The notes beneath the pieces were generated by a model that saw nothing but the letters and a program-made list of their open reading frames with translations, was not told where the DNA came from and made no database searches. From contig CM041465.1 in the NCBI GenBank assembly GCA_023213395.1, positions 76,577,741 to 76,641,740 of the forward strand: a DNA stretch of 64,000 nt, written 5' to 3'. Positions 29,229 through 43,800 of this stretch are shown piece by piece. The first letter of the stretch is position 1. Each line of letters starts with the position of its first letter. Source of the stretch: Cycas panzhihuaensis. Lineage: Eukaryota; Plantae; Cycadophyta. Both the position numbers and the translations under genes were made by a program.

Positions 29229-31388
29229 TTTCCCTCTTTGCTCAAAAGGATGTAAATGTATCATGTATATGTAGTGGTAGTTGATGTACATAGTTAGGAA
29301 AATGTGTAAATTAGTGATAATATTTATATAGTTAGTGCAAAGAATGATGCATTAAATTAGTGATCTTTTGATGAAAAATCTCTAACTTTTAGAAGCTTGT
29401 ACCTTAGATGGAACTAGGTCATTCATATACGCAATGTCTTACCATTTTGCAAGTCAATCCAACAATACAAATGTTGGGTTGTCCATCTCCAAAATTGCAA
29501 GATATTAAAAAGGGTTAAGTGTCATGTGTTCTTACATTTATGCAAGTACAAAGATGAGTTTGTACACTCATGCACTTAATGACAAAATTATAAGGAAGTA
29601 TTTTAAAGACAATGGAACAAAGAATTGCTCAACTCTATGATTGTGAAATACGAGGGAATATTACAAAGGCTAGTCTTCACGCATTTTTATAAAACTAATG
29701 ATGAATATGCAAAGTCAAGTTTTTAACAATAAACATGCTAATAAAAAGGGTTTGTCTTGTTTTCTCTTGAAGGAAAAATAATGCTTATTTCACTCGATTA
29801 TAGATTTATGAAATTTATTACATGATGTGTAGGAAAGAGGTTAGAAGGCATTTATAAATCTAGGCATGTAGGTATTGATCAAGAACCACATCTTATTGGT
29901 CTCTTGGACCTATTTTGCTTTAATGGAACATGCATTTTATGGGGTATTTTCTAACATTTTATTGATGATAATTTTGATTTTAATCCATATTTTGTTTATG
30001 AGGATGTGAACTATGTAATTGACCATGTTGAATATGATAAGGTTTCTTGTAGAAGGATTCTCATTAAGTCAGAAAAATATTCAGTAAAAAATGATTTTGA
30101 CATCAAGGGAGATTCTTAACAAGACCTTTTTCAAGTAATGATAGCTCTTATTGACAAGCCAAACTTTCACACTTCAAATGGCCCTCTTAAATTTTATGAC
30201 ATAAAGAATGATACAAGGGCCTTTTCTAAAGTGGATACATTCTATCCCTAGATATTTATTATTATTAATACTTGAAACCCTTTTTCAAGTACCTAAATAT
30301 AAAGGGCTTGCAATTTCGATGGTTCAAAAACATAGAAATTAGGAAATTTAAGAATGTAAACCCTTTGGTGATTGTATATTTTATGGGGCCTACCATAACA
30401 TGTTTTATATAATGTCTTTTCATATATTTTTGTAAATCTCTTCTCTACATCTCCAAAATATGAAGAAAGCATCAAAGACTTAGCTCATATAAAGGTCATT
30501 TTAAATCCATTTGTATACATTTTCATAAATAGTTTTTGATGTAAAGCAATGGGTGAATGACTTAGGTGTTTGAAGATGTAGACCTTTGGAGCAAATTATA
30601 CCATTAAATTGAATCAAAACACGTGGATTCACAGTGAGTGGGATTTATATAGTTTTTGTTTAAAATTTTTTAGATTATTCAAGGAAGCAAAATATTGATG
30701 CAATCATACCCTAGAAAAGATAAATGTGTTATTTGCAAAAAGGTCACCCAAATTGGAAAGATTAATAATAAACAACAAGTGTCAAGTCCTAAAGGATAGA
30801 AAAATTTGAACTAAATAGTCAAAGTGGATTTTAGGGCATCATATCAAAAAATTGAACTAAACTCATCATCCTCAAGTCAAAGCATATGTGGTGGCAAACA
30901 AACAATAATAGAGACATTGTATTCTTTGTAGTTCACAGATTTGTAAAAAAATGTTTTAAATATCTCAACTATTAGAAACTCAAAATTGGATAAAAGTTGG
31001 CAAAATGAAAGAGTAGGCATTTTTTGATTTAGGACTTGGTCTACCTGGCTTAAAATCAAGGATCCAATATTCTTCTTGACTTTGTTATTTTTATAGATAT
31101 TTCTCTATAAATGTATCTTATTCTTCTCTATCAAATTTTCTTTTCTTTGGTTTGAGACTATCATACATTAGATTGTTTCCTAGGATAGACCCCTATAACC
31201 AATCAGGAGAAAATAATATTTTGCATAACTTATATTTTGTATACTGAATAGGGTATGATATGTATTTACTATAAAATTTTATTTTTTTAAAAATTAAAAG
31301 ATTTACATTTGGTTTATCTGGTACTTTATCCTTTACTCTTGTTAGGAAACTTATCTTGGTGATTCAAAGGATTATATTTACTTTATCT

Positions 31389-34300
31389 TATTAGAATTTA
31401 GAATTTAATTATTATACCATATTGCAATGTATTTATTATATGAAACATAAATACATCAAACATATATAATTAATGAATCATATCATGATGAATGCATACA
31501 AATTATATAGGTAAGATTAATATATCAATAAATAATATGAATCATAAAATATAAACAAATGAAACATGCAATAATCATTTATCATAAGAAATAATAGATT
31601 TATATGTGGAAAAACCAAGTGTAGGAAAAATTATAGGAGAAGGTTGGAGTTGGGAGCTCCTCTTAATAATATCAAATAATTACATCTCTAAATAAGTCAT
31701 TCCTTTCTTTATCTTTTCTTAAGTTTTCAAATGGTGTGTGTATATATTTATATGAATAGTCTCTTCATAAATAACCTAAAATATCTCTTGATCCTTTTTA
31801 TCATTCAATAAGATGTATACATGAATAATTGTGCATTGTTACATTTCTTAATACTTTTAGTGAATGGAATTTTATGTGGGTCTACTATATTATATTAAAC
31901 ATTAAATATGTAAAAGTAACATATATTCCATAACTTTTTCTTAATGTTTAATGTTTTTAAATCTTCAATCTTCAACCTTGGTCTTCATGTCTTCATACTT
32001 TCTTATATACTAGAATTTGTAAACATGTAATCTGTATTAAGTTGAATAACTATATTATGCTTTATAAATCGATATCACTTGTAACCTATAAATTTATCAA
32101 CATTTTGTTTATGTTTTACAAGTAGTTAACCTATAAATTGTATGTAATTATCTATGCTCATTAATGATTAACTATAAACAACTAACCTATAAAACTTATA
32201 TATCAATCATGAATCAATCATAAAATATCAACCAATATACATGACTCTCATGTCATATTTATATGAAGTATTTTCATGAACAACTTCATATATTCACCTA
32301 TAAAGCTGTTATAAATATCAATTATATTTATCAATAAATAACACATAGATATTAGGCAAAATGTTATTATAAGAGAAATACAAAATTTATTACCTCTTAC
32401 ATATGAGAATAATAATGCAATCTATGTGTTGTATAAGAGTAGGCAATGAAACCCTTTTCTTATATCTTACATGTAAGATAACCTTGTATGTTTTCTTATC
32501 AACTAAATAATCTCAACAATTGAATTTGGTGCTAAGTAAATAACATATATGAGACTTCTCCTTATTCTCTATGTATTATAAATAGGTGAAAATTTTACTC
32601 AATCATTGCATCTACTTATCTCTCCAATAAATAGATAAATAATGTAAAACCTTCATCAAATATCAAGTGGTATCATCATAGACATTCATTCAAATAAGTG
32701 TTTAATAAACTAGGTAATCATTTCATTTAATTACTATTGCATATCACTAAATAAAATGTGTAACTACCAAGGGGGATTTAATCATGTCTAGCATATATAA
32801 GATACCCACATCGAATTTCACTTCAAATATATCCCACATCATTAATTTTATTAATTTTAAACCTTCAAATATTATTAATGAGCCTTTATTTATTTACTTT
32901 TAAATGAAATTTACTTTTTCTTTTATTACTTATCATCAATCTTATCATCTTGATCTCAAGAATCTTTAAAAACATAAAAATGTGCTAAAATAGATATGAA
33001 AAAGGTTTTAAAATGTATCTTTTATGAGATCAAAACCTCTTTACTCAACCTTACTCATTAAAATCTTAGTCATTTGATTTTTAAATATGCCTTGTGTCCA
33101 CTCGTTCTGACTTGTCTCAAAATTCTCTTTCCAATGCAATTGATAACACCTAAATCTAATATCGTAGTAAAAAGTTATAACTAAAAATATATTAGTATAT
33201 CTTGAAAAAGTATGAATCCCTTTAAAAAATCACTTTAGCTCCTTTAAGCTAGACTCTAGATCCCACAAGTTCCTCTATGTGATTGATTTCTAATGGCTTG
33301 GGGACTTATCAGTAAACTTCATAAAAGATTCAAATTTGATTGAATGTTTCCAAATATCATATCTACTTAATAATATGTACCTCTTTATTTTGATGCATAT
33401 CAACTGGTATAGGCTTGTTGCTTATTTTATATATTTATAAGATATTGGTCTTTATAACAACTTGATGATTTTACTATTACTAATTATGATTTGACGAGAT
33501 GGCTAGTCCTACTAAATTTCATTTAGTTCTGAAGTTGATTAGCCTATTTTTATGAATGTAATGGGCAATGTTTCTTCTCATCACATCTAATAGACCAACT
33601 TTAAACTTATATGCTATATATATGTGGTACCAACATGCTTAAAATAATTATCTATATAAATTAATAATTAACATACCATTAATTTTGTTATTATCATCAT
33701 GTAAATTTAAATCCTGTATGTGACTTCGTATCATTTGTATGCATCTCTCATTGTCTACTTCATCTAGCTCTAGAATCATGGTCATATGTTATTGGCATTA
33801 TTGGTATAATCATGTTTCTAGCTCAATAATTTATACCATATAATGGCTCATATACTGGCTCTATTACTAGTTCATACTAGATCTATCATTGGATTTGTAA
33901 CTATCTTAATTGGCTCTTATGTAAATTCTAATCTGTCTCATAAGAATTTTTACAAGATAGCTTTGATACCATGTAAGAATTTAGAATTTAATTCTAATAC
34001 CATATTGCAATGTACTCATTATATGTAATAAAAGTATATCAAACATGCATAATTAATGAATCTTATCACGAGGAATGTACATAAATTATGCATGTAAGAT
34101 TAATATATCAAGTAATACCATGAATTATAAAAAATATATAGATCAAACATGTAATAATAATTCACCACAAGAGATAATAAATTTATATGTGAAAAATTTA
34201 GTGTGAAAAAAACTATAGTAGAATGTTGGAGTTAGAAGCTCCTCTTAATAATATCAAATAATTACATCTCTCAATGAGTCATTCTTCTCACGATCCTTGC

Positions 34301-34515
34301 TTAAGTTCTCAAGTGTTGCGTGTACACATTTATATAAATAGTCTTCTTTTGAGTAACCTAAACTATCTTTTAAATATTTTTATCATCTAATAAGATTTAT
34401 ACATGAATAATCATGCATGATCACATCTCTCAATGCTTTTAGTGAGTGAGATTTTGTGTGGGTCTACTATATTACATTAAATATTAAATACGTAAAAGTA
34501 TCATATATTCTAGTA
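31389..34515 (-). mobile_element. Non-autonomous, apparently non-coding LTR element inside the upstream Tat repeat
   Basis: ~545-bp LTRs 31389-31933 and 33972-34515, PBS gctttgatacca 33960-33971, decayed TSD TATCT/TACCC; empty site visible at ~53197 in the other Tat repeat. Confidence 0.88.
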
Positions 34516-35199
34516 TACCCAGTATTAATTTCTTTGCATTGTCATGGATTCTATGTTGTAGCTTGATTGATTCAACTTAAGTCTACTAGTTTTCATTAAT
34601 TATAGTAATACATATTAATCTTGAGAGACCTAGAATGGTGGTGGTGTAAAACATTTTATTTTGTTTATTTCTCCCTTTTGCATTTATTATATTTTTAACC
34701 TTCCAAACAAATAAAAATAAATGTTCATAAAAGAGCTATATAACTAACCATTCTTTCTTATAAATAATGTATATTAGCTTATTCATTTATTTTACAAGCC
34801 AATGCTTGTATTAGAGAGTTAAATATTTGGTAGTTATTCTTCAGTTCTTATGTGAAATCAATAACCTAGACCACACTTTGATTAAATATTTCTTAGGAGA
34901 GGCATAAAAACAAAGGTCAACAAAACTGGTGACCATACTGGGGAGAGCTAAACATTTACTAGTCGTTCTTTAGTTCTTGTGTGAAATCAAAAAACATCTC
35001 ATAGACCACACTTTAATAAAATATTTCTTAGGAGAGGCACAAAAATGAAGGTCAACAATACTAGTGATTATACTGGGGATTCTTTCTTCCAAAGTAATCT
35101 TTTTATTTTTTATAATTCTCATTGTACAAGCCATAAGAGGTCATTGCTTTTAAAGTTGGTTGAATCATCTAGTAGACCATATACCTACTAGTTGAAAGC

Positions 35200-38100
35200 T
35201 TAGGGTATATAGGAAGAGCTGTAAAGCTCTCCTCATGAAAGAAGATCAAGGAGATTCATTAGTAACCTTAGTGTTACTAAAGGAAAAAAAATCTCTAGTT
35301 AAGAATCTCTAAAATTAGAATCTTCATCAAAGATTGCTAATCCAAATATAGCACAGAGAAACATTCTCCCCTGCATTCATAATAGCCTTATGAATTTATA
35401 GGGTGAGCAACATGAAATTTTTAATAAGGCCTTAGAGGTCTATCTTAAGTTTAATGGTGATAGGACAATAACTACAAAGTAACACATTACAAAATTTTCT
35501 ATGATATGTATGTCATGTAATATTATTAAACCTAATGTGGCTATTGGGCTTTTTGTTTGCTCCTTAATAGACAATGTTACGGCATGGTTTTATACTTTAC
35601 CCATTATTTCCCTTAGTGATTGAGAAGGTTTGATGTAGGTATTCAATGGTAAATATGGTAGCAAAAAGACCCTTGTTACAATAACAAAAGAGTTATCAAT
35701 TATGAGAAAAGGAGTCAGGGAAACAACTAACAATTATATTAAGAGATTTGAGAGAACTCTCAAGTAAATTAATGTTGAAAATAGACCTATACTAAGTATA
35801 TTGATAGGGTGGCTTCTAGATGACCTAGACCATGAAACCAAGATGATGATTGTCCTCAAAGAACTAGATGATTTTCAAGCAATAAAGAGCCTTGCTTTTA
35901 CATTGGAGACATTAATAGATAGATGGGGAAAAACTTCTTTGCCTTCCCAAGCTGACCCTATAAAGGAGAATCTTCCACCATTACTTTAGTAGGTAGGAGG
36001 AGGTGCACAAGCCATGATTAGGAAGTTGAACAATGAGGTGTAATACTAGAAGAAGCAAGATAAGGGAAAGGAGCCACATGGCATCACTATATTGAAAAAA
36101 CCTAAAGATGAGCCAAAACATGCTTGCTTGGAAGATCAATTCAATGATATGGTTATTGATGAGTAGGACATTCAATATAAGACTTTGCCAGGCTATTCAT
36201 ATGTTAGTGCTGATGCATCACCATCAAGCTATAGATATTTTAGAGATATAATGGCATCTTTTAATGATAATCAAGAGTTGGAATTTCCTCCCATTGACCT
36301 AACTATCATGATAAGATCATAGGTTAAACAAGAAGGTCAACCTATTGAAAAACACAAGGTTATTTTTGCTATTATTATTGAGAAAATAAAAAAGGTAATC
36401 AAAGATAATATTCTTGTGAAAATACCTTAAATAACTAGAATCCTTGTCATGAATAAAAATGTAAAGGCCTCTCATGAAAAATAAAAAAAATAAGTATGCC
36501 ATCTTAAAAGAAATAAAGAAGTATCCTAATGGATTGAGACTTTTCTAGGCTTTGAAGTTTCTAGAATAGAGAACTAGATTAATTAAGGTGCTTCAAGAAC
36601 AAAAGCCTATTATTTAAATACTTAGATTCATGACATAGTAGTTTTTGTTAATGTCTTATTGTTTAAATACAAAGATACTCCATTTTATATCTTTTTGAAT
36701 ATTTATGATAATTTCATCCTTTATAGTAGCATTGTGGGTACAGGAACCTCATATAATATGATTCCCTACATTGTAATGAAGGCCTTAGGCCTTGAAGGAA
36801 TGAAACCCATTTAGCAGGTTACAACTTTAGATTCCAAAATTATGGCCACAATTGATGAGATTTAAGATCTAGTTATGCCTCTCACAATTTTCCCTAGAAT
36901 TTCTACATTGATTACTATGATGGTAGTTGATATGCCACCCATATATGACATATTGCTTGGTAGGAAATGGATTTACAGCATAACATCTATTCCTAATATG
37001 AGGATAGGTAATATTATATTTCCATTGGGCAAAAGTCTCATTACCTTGTTAGGTAAATAAATATATATGAATCATGTGGATAATAGAGTTGGCCTATATT
37101 TTGGTTTTAACTTTGATCCAAGTGGTCTTAAAACTCATATAGTCTTATAATAAATTAATGGTTTACCTATTATGAAAGAAGAGAAGCATTACACAGATTT
37201 GATAAGGCAAGATTCCATTTAGGAAATGTTCTTTGATGGGGACAAATAAAAGATGGGAGTAGGAGTAGGTGTTGTAACATAATCTCTAGATGGAAAGCTC
37301 TTTTCTTTTTCCCTTAAATTGATGAATGAAACTATAAACAATATTGTAGAGTATGAAGCACTAATTTTGGGACTTCTCAAGGTAGTACATTTGCAAATCA
37401 AATTGTTAAAAATTTAGGGGGACTCTGAATTGTGCATAAATTAGATAAAGAACATGTGTTCCACTAAATGTAATCAATTGAAAGCCTATAGACAAAACGT
37501 TTGAGGTATCCTAGAGTAGCTTGAGGCAATTGTTATGGAGTCTATTTCCAGAGATAGAAATCAACTAGTTGATTCTCTTGTACATGCTTCCTTCTTGCTT
37601 GATGTCACTCATAATCCTCTTAGTAAATAAGAATTTGCTGAGATCATTGTAAGAGCTTCCATACCTTATAATATTAATCATTTGAAAATCTTTTAATATG
37701 ATGAGTAAATTGTATCCTTGCAAGGATAGGGAGATTTTTTTAATACAATAACAACCAATGGAGAAGTTCAACAAATTTTTTGGTTTCTAATGATGATTTG
37801 ATCTATTTAAATCGATAAAATTCCCAAATGGATGATTTATTTAGAGCCACTCTTTGACTTTAATCATGCAATAAATAATGGGATACCTTAAGAAGAAATT
37901 TCAAATAGGATTGTGCCAAAAAATATTCTAGTTAACTTGAATACTCGTGAGGATCCTAAGGTTATTTACATTGGTTTAAAATGTATAGAAGAAAAGAGGT
38001 AAAAGTTGCTTGAACTTTATATTGAATATAAAGATATCTTTTCTTGGACATATGAAGATTTCAAGAGCTTCAATTATGAAGTGATGTAGCACACCATTCC

Positions 38101-40720
38101 ACTTAAATCTGAAGTGAAGCCCTTCAGATAAAAGCAGAGGGTTATCAACTGTAAGATAAAAAAAATTAATCTAGAATGAGCTTCAAAATCTTAGAGATGT
38201 AGAGATTATCTTCCCAATTAAATTTTCAACTTGAGTAGCCAACTTGGAACTCATGAGGAAGAAAAATAGGGACATCTGATGATGTGTATATTTCATAAAT
38301 CTAAATGGATGTTCTGTCAAGGACAATAACTTGTTTTCAAGGATGGAGCAAGTCTTATAGACTATTACTAGTTTAGAGTTTATGTTTCTATTAGATGGAT
38401 TTTTAGGCTATAACCATATTGTTGTAGCAAAGGATGAGAGGTATAAAATAACATTTACTATAGTCTAGGGGACCTTTTCTTACAAGAAGATGCCTTTTAG
38501 GCTAATGAATGTAGGTGATACCTTTCAAAGGGCTATGGATCATGCCTTTAAAGGGTTGGTAGGATCAATAATATTTATTTATCTTGATAACATGATTATG
38601 TTATGTAAAAGTAGGGCACATCATATTAAGCATATGAGGTCAGTATTTCAAGGGTATAGATAGTTTGGAATATCACTCAATCCAAACAAAAATTATATTT
38701 AGAGTAATTACTGGTAAGTTAATTAGACATATTATAACCAAGGATGGGACTTACATCAATTCAAATATAGTAAAGGCTATTGAAGAAATGCCCCTACCTA
38801 CTAATAAGAAAGGAGTGCAATCTTTCTTTATAAAGATAAAAATTTAAAGAGGTTTATACTTGACTTTACAAGAATCACTCTACTTATTAATGCCCTGTTG
38901 AGACAAAAGTGAAATTTAAATAGACCAGTGAAGCCAAAGCAACATTTCATCAGAGTAAGCATTATATTTTTGAAGTTCCAACACTAGTAAGTCCAATTTT
39001 TGAGAAAATTTCATTATTTATTCATACACATTTGAAGGTGCATATGCTGCCATGTTCATTTAGGAAGATCATGAAGGTAGAGAAAGACTAGTCTGTTTTA
39101 TGAGTAGGTCATTAAAGGATTATCAATTGAAATATAGTTCCATAGAAAAGTAGGCATATGCTTTAGTAAAGATTATTGAAGACTTTAAGCCTAATATTAT
39201 TCACAATCATATAATAACTATGTAACTCAATTCCTTATTAAAGTAATGCTAAACCAAATAGAACTAATGGGTAGATGGGCCAAATGGATGGCCCAAATTT
39301 AGGAGTTCGACTTGGAGGTTAAGCCAACAAAGCTAGTTAAAGGACAAGGACTGTATTGATTAATTTCAAAAAGGCAAATATATGAACTTCTATAGATTAG
39401 AGAAAAATAAGATGAAGGCATCGTGGAGGTAAACTTAACTCTAGCTCAAGGAGTTAAGGTTGATCATTTTGATGAATTTGATTTCTTTTCTTAGAATGTA
39501 GTTTTCTATCTTGAAAATGGGTTCTATCTTATTGGGCAAAATAGGCAAATGCTTTTAAAGTTGAGACTTATGACCTATGTTCTAATAGATAAATAATTAT
39601 ATAGGAAGGGATATGATGGCATCTTGCTTAAATGTTTAAAGAAGTAAGAAGCAATGAAGGTACTTGATGAATTTTATAAAGGCCTATGTGGAGGCCATTT
39701 GGCTGCTAAGGCTACCTCTTATAAAATTATAAGAGTAGGTTATTTTTGAGCTACTATTTTAAAGGATGCATTAAAAAAATCTAGGAATTATGCTGCTTAC
39801 TAGAGGTTTATAAGAAAACAAAGGCTTGTTGCCCTACCGTTAAAACTTATGTATGCAAACCAACCCTTCAAAAATTAGGTTTTAGACTTTATTAGGCCAA
39901 TAAATCCACCCTTCAAAAAAGGCCACACTTTCATTCTCACTACAACAAATTATTTCATAAGGTGGTCTGAGGCTGCTACTTCTAAAGGGGTTATCATAAA
40001 AGTGGTAATTAATTTCTTAGAGTAGACTTTGATGCCCACATTTAGAGTGCTTGCCTAACTAGTCTCAAATAATGATTCAACATTTATATTTGTATATATG
40101 GATAGTTTTTATCATAGTTTGGTATACTTTTAAATACTTTATCAAATATTATCCATAGGGAAATGGACTGGCAAAGTCCATAAACAAAAATTTGATTAAT
40201 ATTCTTAAGAGAATAGTTAAACAAAATCAGAGAGATTGACATATAAAATTTTTCCAAGCAATATGGGCAAACAAAATAACCAATAAACAAGCTATTAGAT
40301 ATTCTTCTTATTTACCAGTCTATGAAAAAAGGGTTGTTCTCCATTCTCATTTTACTCTTGTTAATTTACTAACTAGATTAAAAGAGGGCCTTTAACTAGT
40401 GTCCAAGAGTTTGTAAGATCTAATAGCTTTGGAGGAGATAAGGTAGGATTTAGATGGTACATTCCATGAATATTAGGCCAAGGTAAAGTGGTACTTGATA
40501 GGTTGCATGCTACCAAGAAGGACTTTGAACTTTATAACTGAGTTTTGATGTGGGATAAGGCAAAAGAAAACCTGGTATCATATCATAAATTTGATTCTTT
40601 TGGCTTGGTCTTAGATATTATTGAGAAAGTATGAGATAATTCATTAAATTAAAGAGTCCCAGTGGAGAAGTCCTATCTATCCCATTGAATAGTTAGCATC
40701 TTAAACTTTTCCTTTTTTAA
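35200..40720 (+). pseudogene. Tat gag-pol: gag, protease, aRH, RT, RNase H, integrase; heavily disrupted
   Basis: LFVCSLIDNVTAWFYTLP (gag), YDILLGRKW (protease), MFFDG/NNIVEYEALILGL/GDSEL (aRH ~37215-37600), IYLDNMI (RT), CGGHLAAK and LDFIRPINPP (integrase). Confidence 0.88.
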
Positions 40721-40856
40721 TATTATACTTTCTTTCATTATTGTATATAGTAGTATAGAAGTTTGTTTAGTTGTTGTTTTTTATCAACCCACTTAGGGTT
40801 AATAATGTAATGAGGTTAATCATTGTACTCTTTTTTCTCTTTGCTAAAAAAGATGC

Positions 40857-43800
40857 TATTAGAGTAGTAATATTTTATCTTTTATTTTCTAAAGTTAAAT
40901 TGGGGGTTATGTGTTTAACTCCTATTTTGTTCTATCTTGACACTTGTCCTCCGTACATAAGGTGTTTTGTATACATTGTATTTATTTATATGAGAGTATT
41001 TCTCTCTCATTAATGCAATGGAGTTGAGGTATCTTCTTCTTCTATTCTTATTGTTCTGAAATGGTACTAGAGTAGGTCTGCTAAGGGTTTAGGAAACTTT
41101 TTTAAGGAGATCAGAGTTTTGGAAGAGAAAGAGGACTTTATATAATAACTGGTGCATTAATTATTGTATAAGACAATATGAAACTATACGAATAAGAACA
41201 ATCCATATACTTATATTTGAATGAAATTTGGTATATAGACCCATCTTAGCAAGGAGTTTTTTCTATTCAAAAGAATTGGCCTCAAATTTTGCTTCTTTGT
41301 TTAATAGGAAATCATGATTTTACAAGGGCACCCATTTTGTACTTCAAACTCATTTTTACTTTGTTCTACTTTATCTCAATAGATAAAATTTATCCTAAAA
41401 TCTTTCTCTAGATATCATCTTTCATTTGAGTGTGAGTTTATTAAATTTGGTCAAGTATTTGAAGAGATATAAATATTTTTTATCTTTCAAACCCTAATTA
41501 GTCATACATCTTTTAGGGGATTTATTAAGGTCAAATTTAAAAATAAAAAAAAAACAATTGAGTAGTATAGATCATAAGCTTCATTTTGGGTGGTTATTTT
41601 TTGAAATACGTATAATTATATTTTTTTATATAATCGTACACCTGTATGGATAATCATTATTGTCCCTTTTTTCTTTTTCCTAAAATTTCTCTTCAGTTTA
41701 TTCTTCAAAAGCTCCAAAATGGCATCAATTTTCTTTCTTGGTGACTTTGATAAACTCACTAGGTAAAATTATAATACATAGAAGTTAAAAATATGGAGTC
41801 TCTTGATGGATAAAAATGCATGGAATACTATCATTAGAAAAGAAAAAAAACCAACTAATATAATAGATTTAATTAGTTGGGAGGAAAGGGTTAGGATTAC
41901 ACATGCTGCCATTATGTTATCTATTGGAGACTCAAGATTGAGTCATATTAGTTAAGACACTATATTTGTTGATGCCTAGAAAATTCTTGCTTCTCTTTAT
42001 TGTTAGAAGAATGAAGCTCGTATAATTTCTCTTATAGAACAGTTATATAATCTCCAATTAAAGGAAGGAAAACATGTCTCTAATTTTATTACAAAAATAG
42101 AAGTTAAGAATAATTTGGCTTTTGTAGGAGAAACAATGTTTGATTTTGAAATTATTCATCTTGCACTCAATAAACTTCCAAATTCCTATGAATATATGGT
42201 AAATACTCTTACCATTTATGGACATACTACCAATATGACTTTTGAAACCTTACTAAGACACACGTTATAATAGGAACAAAGAATTAAAAGATGTGAAGAA
42301 GAAGCTAAAGTTGAAGAAGCCTCCATTTCCAAGTTGAGAATAGAAGGAAAAGGTCATTCCAGAAGCATTCCAAGAGGAAGAGGTAGATATACTACAATAA
42401 GGTTATTAGAAGGATGAGTAAGGCCTATACTAGTAGATTCTAGACCCAACTATCATTGCGATAGACTTGGATATTTTCTAGTGACTGTAGATTCTACAAT
42501 CCACTCACTTATTATTAGTATAGACAAGATGGATATATTATTAATCAATGTCCTCAAAGGCATCCAAAAATTTAGAGAGAGAAAAGAGTTAAAGGTAACT
42601 ACAACAATAAACAAACAAGTAAAGATGAAGATGAAATCACTTTTGTCATAGCGATGGCTATACTTGCTTGCAATTATGAAAATTAGTATATATATATTAT
42701 GAAACATCTAATCACATGTTAGGAAGAAGAGACTAGTTCAAAACACTTCAACCATATCTTATTAATAAAATAATCAAACTTAGTGATGGCTTTCTTTTAC
42801 ATATAAAAGGAAAAGGAACAATTACAATCCTAGTTAATGATGAAGTTAAGGAAATTGGTGATGTGTTGTATATTCCAAGATTAAAGAAGAATCTCCTCTC
42901 TATATCTCAACTAATAAAAAAAAGGCTTTGTGTTATCTTTAATGAAGATGGAAGGTGCTACACATGTGATATGAAGCAAAATAGTACTATAATAGCATAA
43001 GGTATAGAGACATGGTACGAAGATGCTATGCATGTGATATGAAGCAAAATAGTACTATGCAAGAAAGCACATGGAAAACTTAAAAGGAGTTAGATTTAGT
43101 CTATACAAATTTATGTGGTATAATCACACCAAATTTAGTTAATGGTATAAGGTACTTTCTTACCTTTATTAATGATTTTTTTAGAAAAAATTAGGTATAT
43201 TTTTTCTTTAACAAATTAGAGGTATTATATCATTTTAAAGAATTCAAAGCTCAAGTGTTAGAAAGTAAATACAAAATTAACATTCTCTAATTAGATGGAG
43301 AAGGAGAGTATATTTTGAATGATCTCCCTCATTTTTGTAAACTAAATAGAATACTAAGGCAAATCACTACTCCTTATACACCCTAGTCTAATAGAGTAAT
43401 AGAATGAATGAATAGAATAATAATGGAAACGGCTCATTACATGATAGATGAAAAAGTCGTAAAAAAAGTTTATTAAGCTAAAGTTATTGAAATGATTGTT
43501 TATCTCATAAATAAGAATCCAATTCTAATTCTTGATAAAGTTACTCCTAAAGAATCTTATATAGGAAGAAAGTTTGATGTAAGTCATCTAAAAAAAGTTT
43601 GATGTAAGTCATCTCAAAATCATTAAAAGTAAAGATTATGCTCATATTCTTGACAAAGAAAGAAAAACTAAGATAGATAACAAAAGTATAGAATGCATTA
43701 TGATTGGTTATAATAATAAATCTAAAGTATATAAATGCATAGACCCAAAAATAAATAGGGTTTATGTCATTAGAGATATAATATTTGATGAAAATGTATC

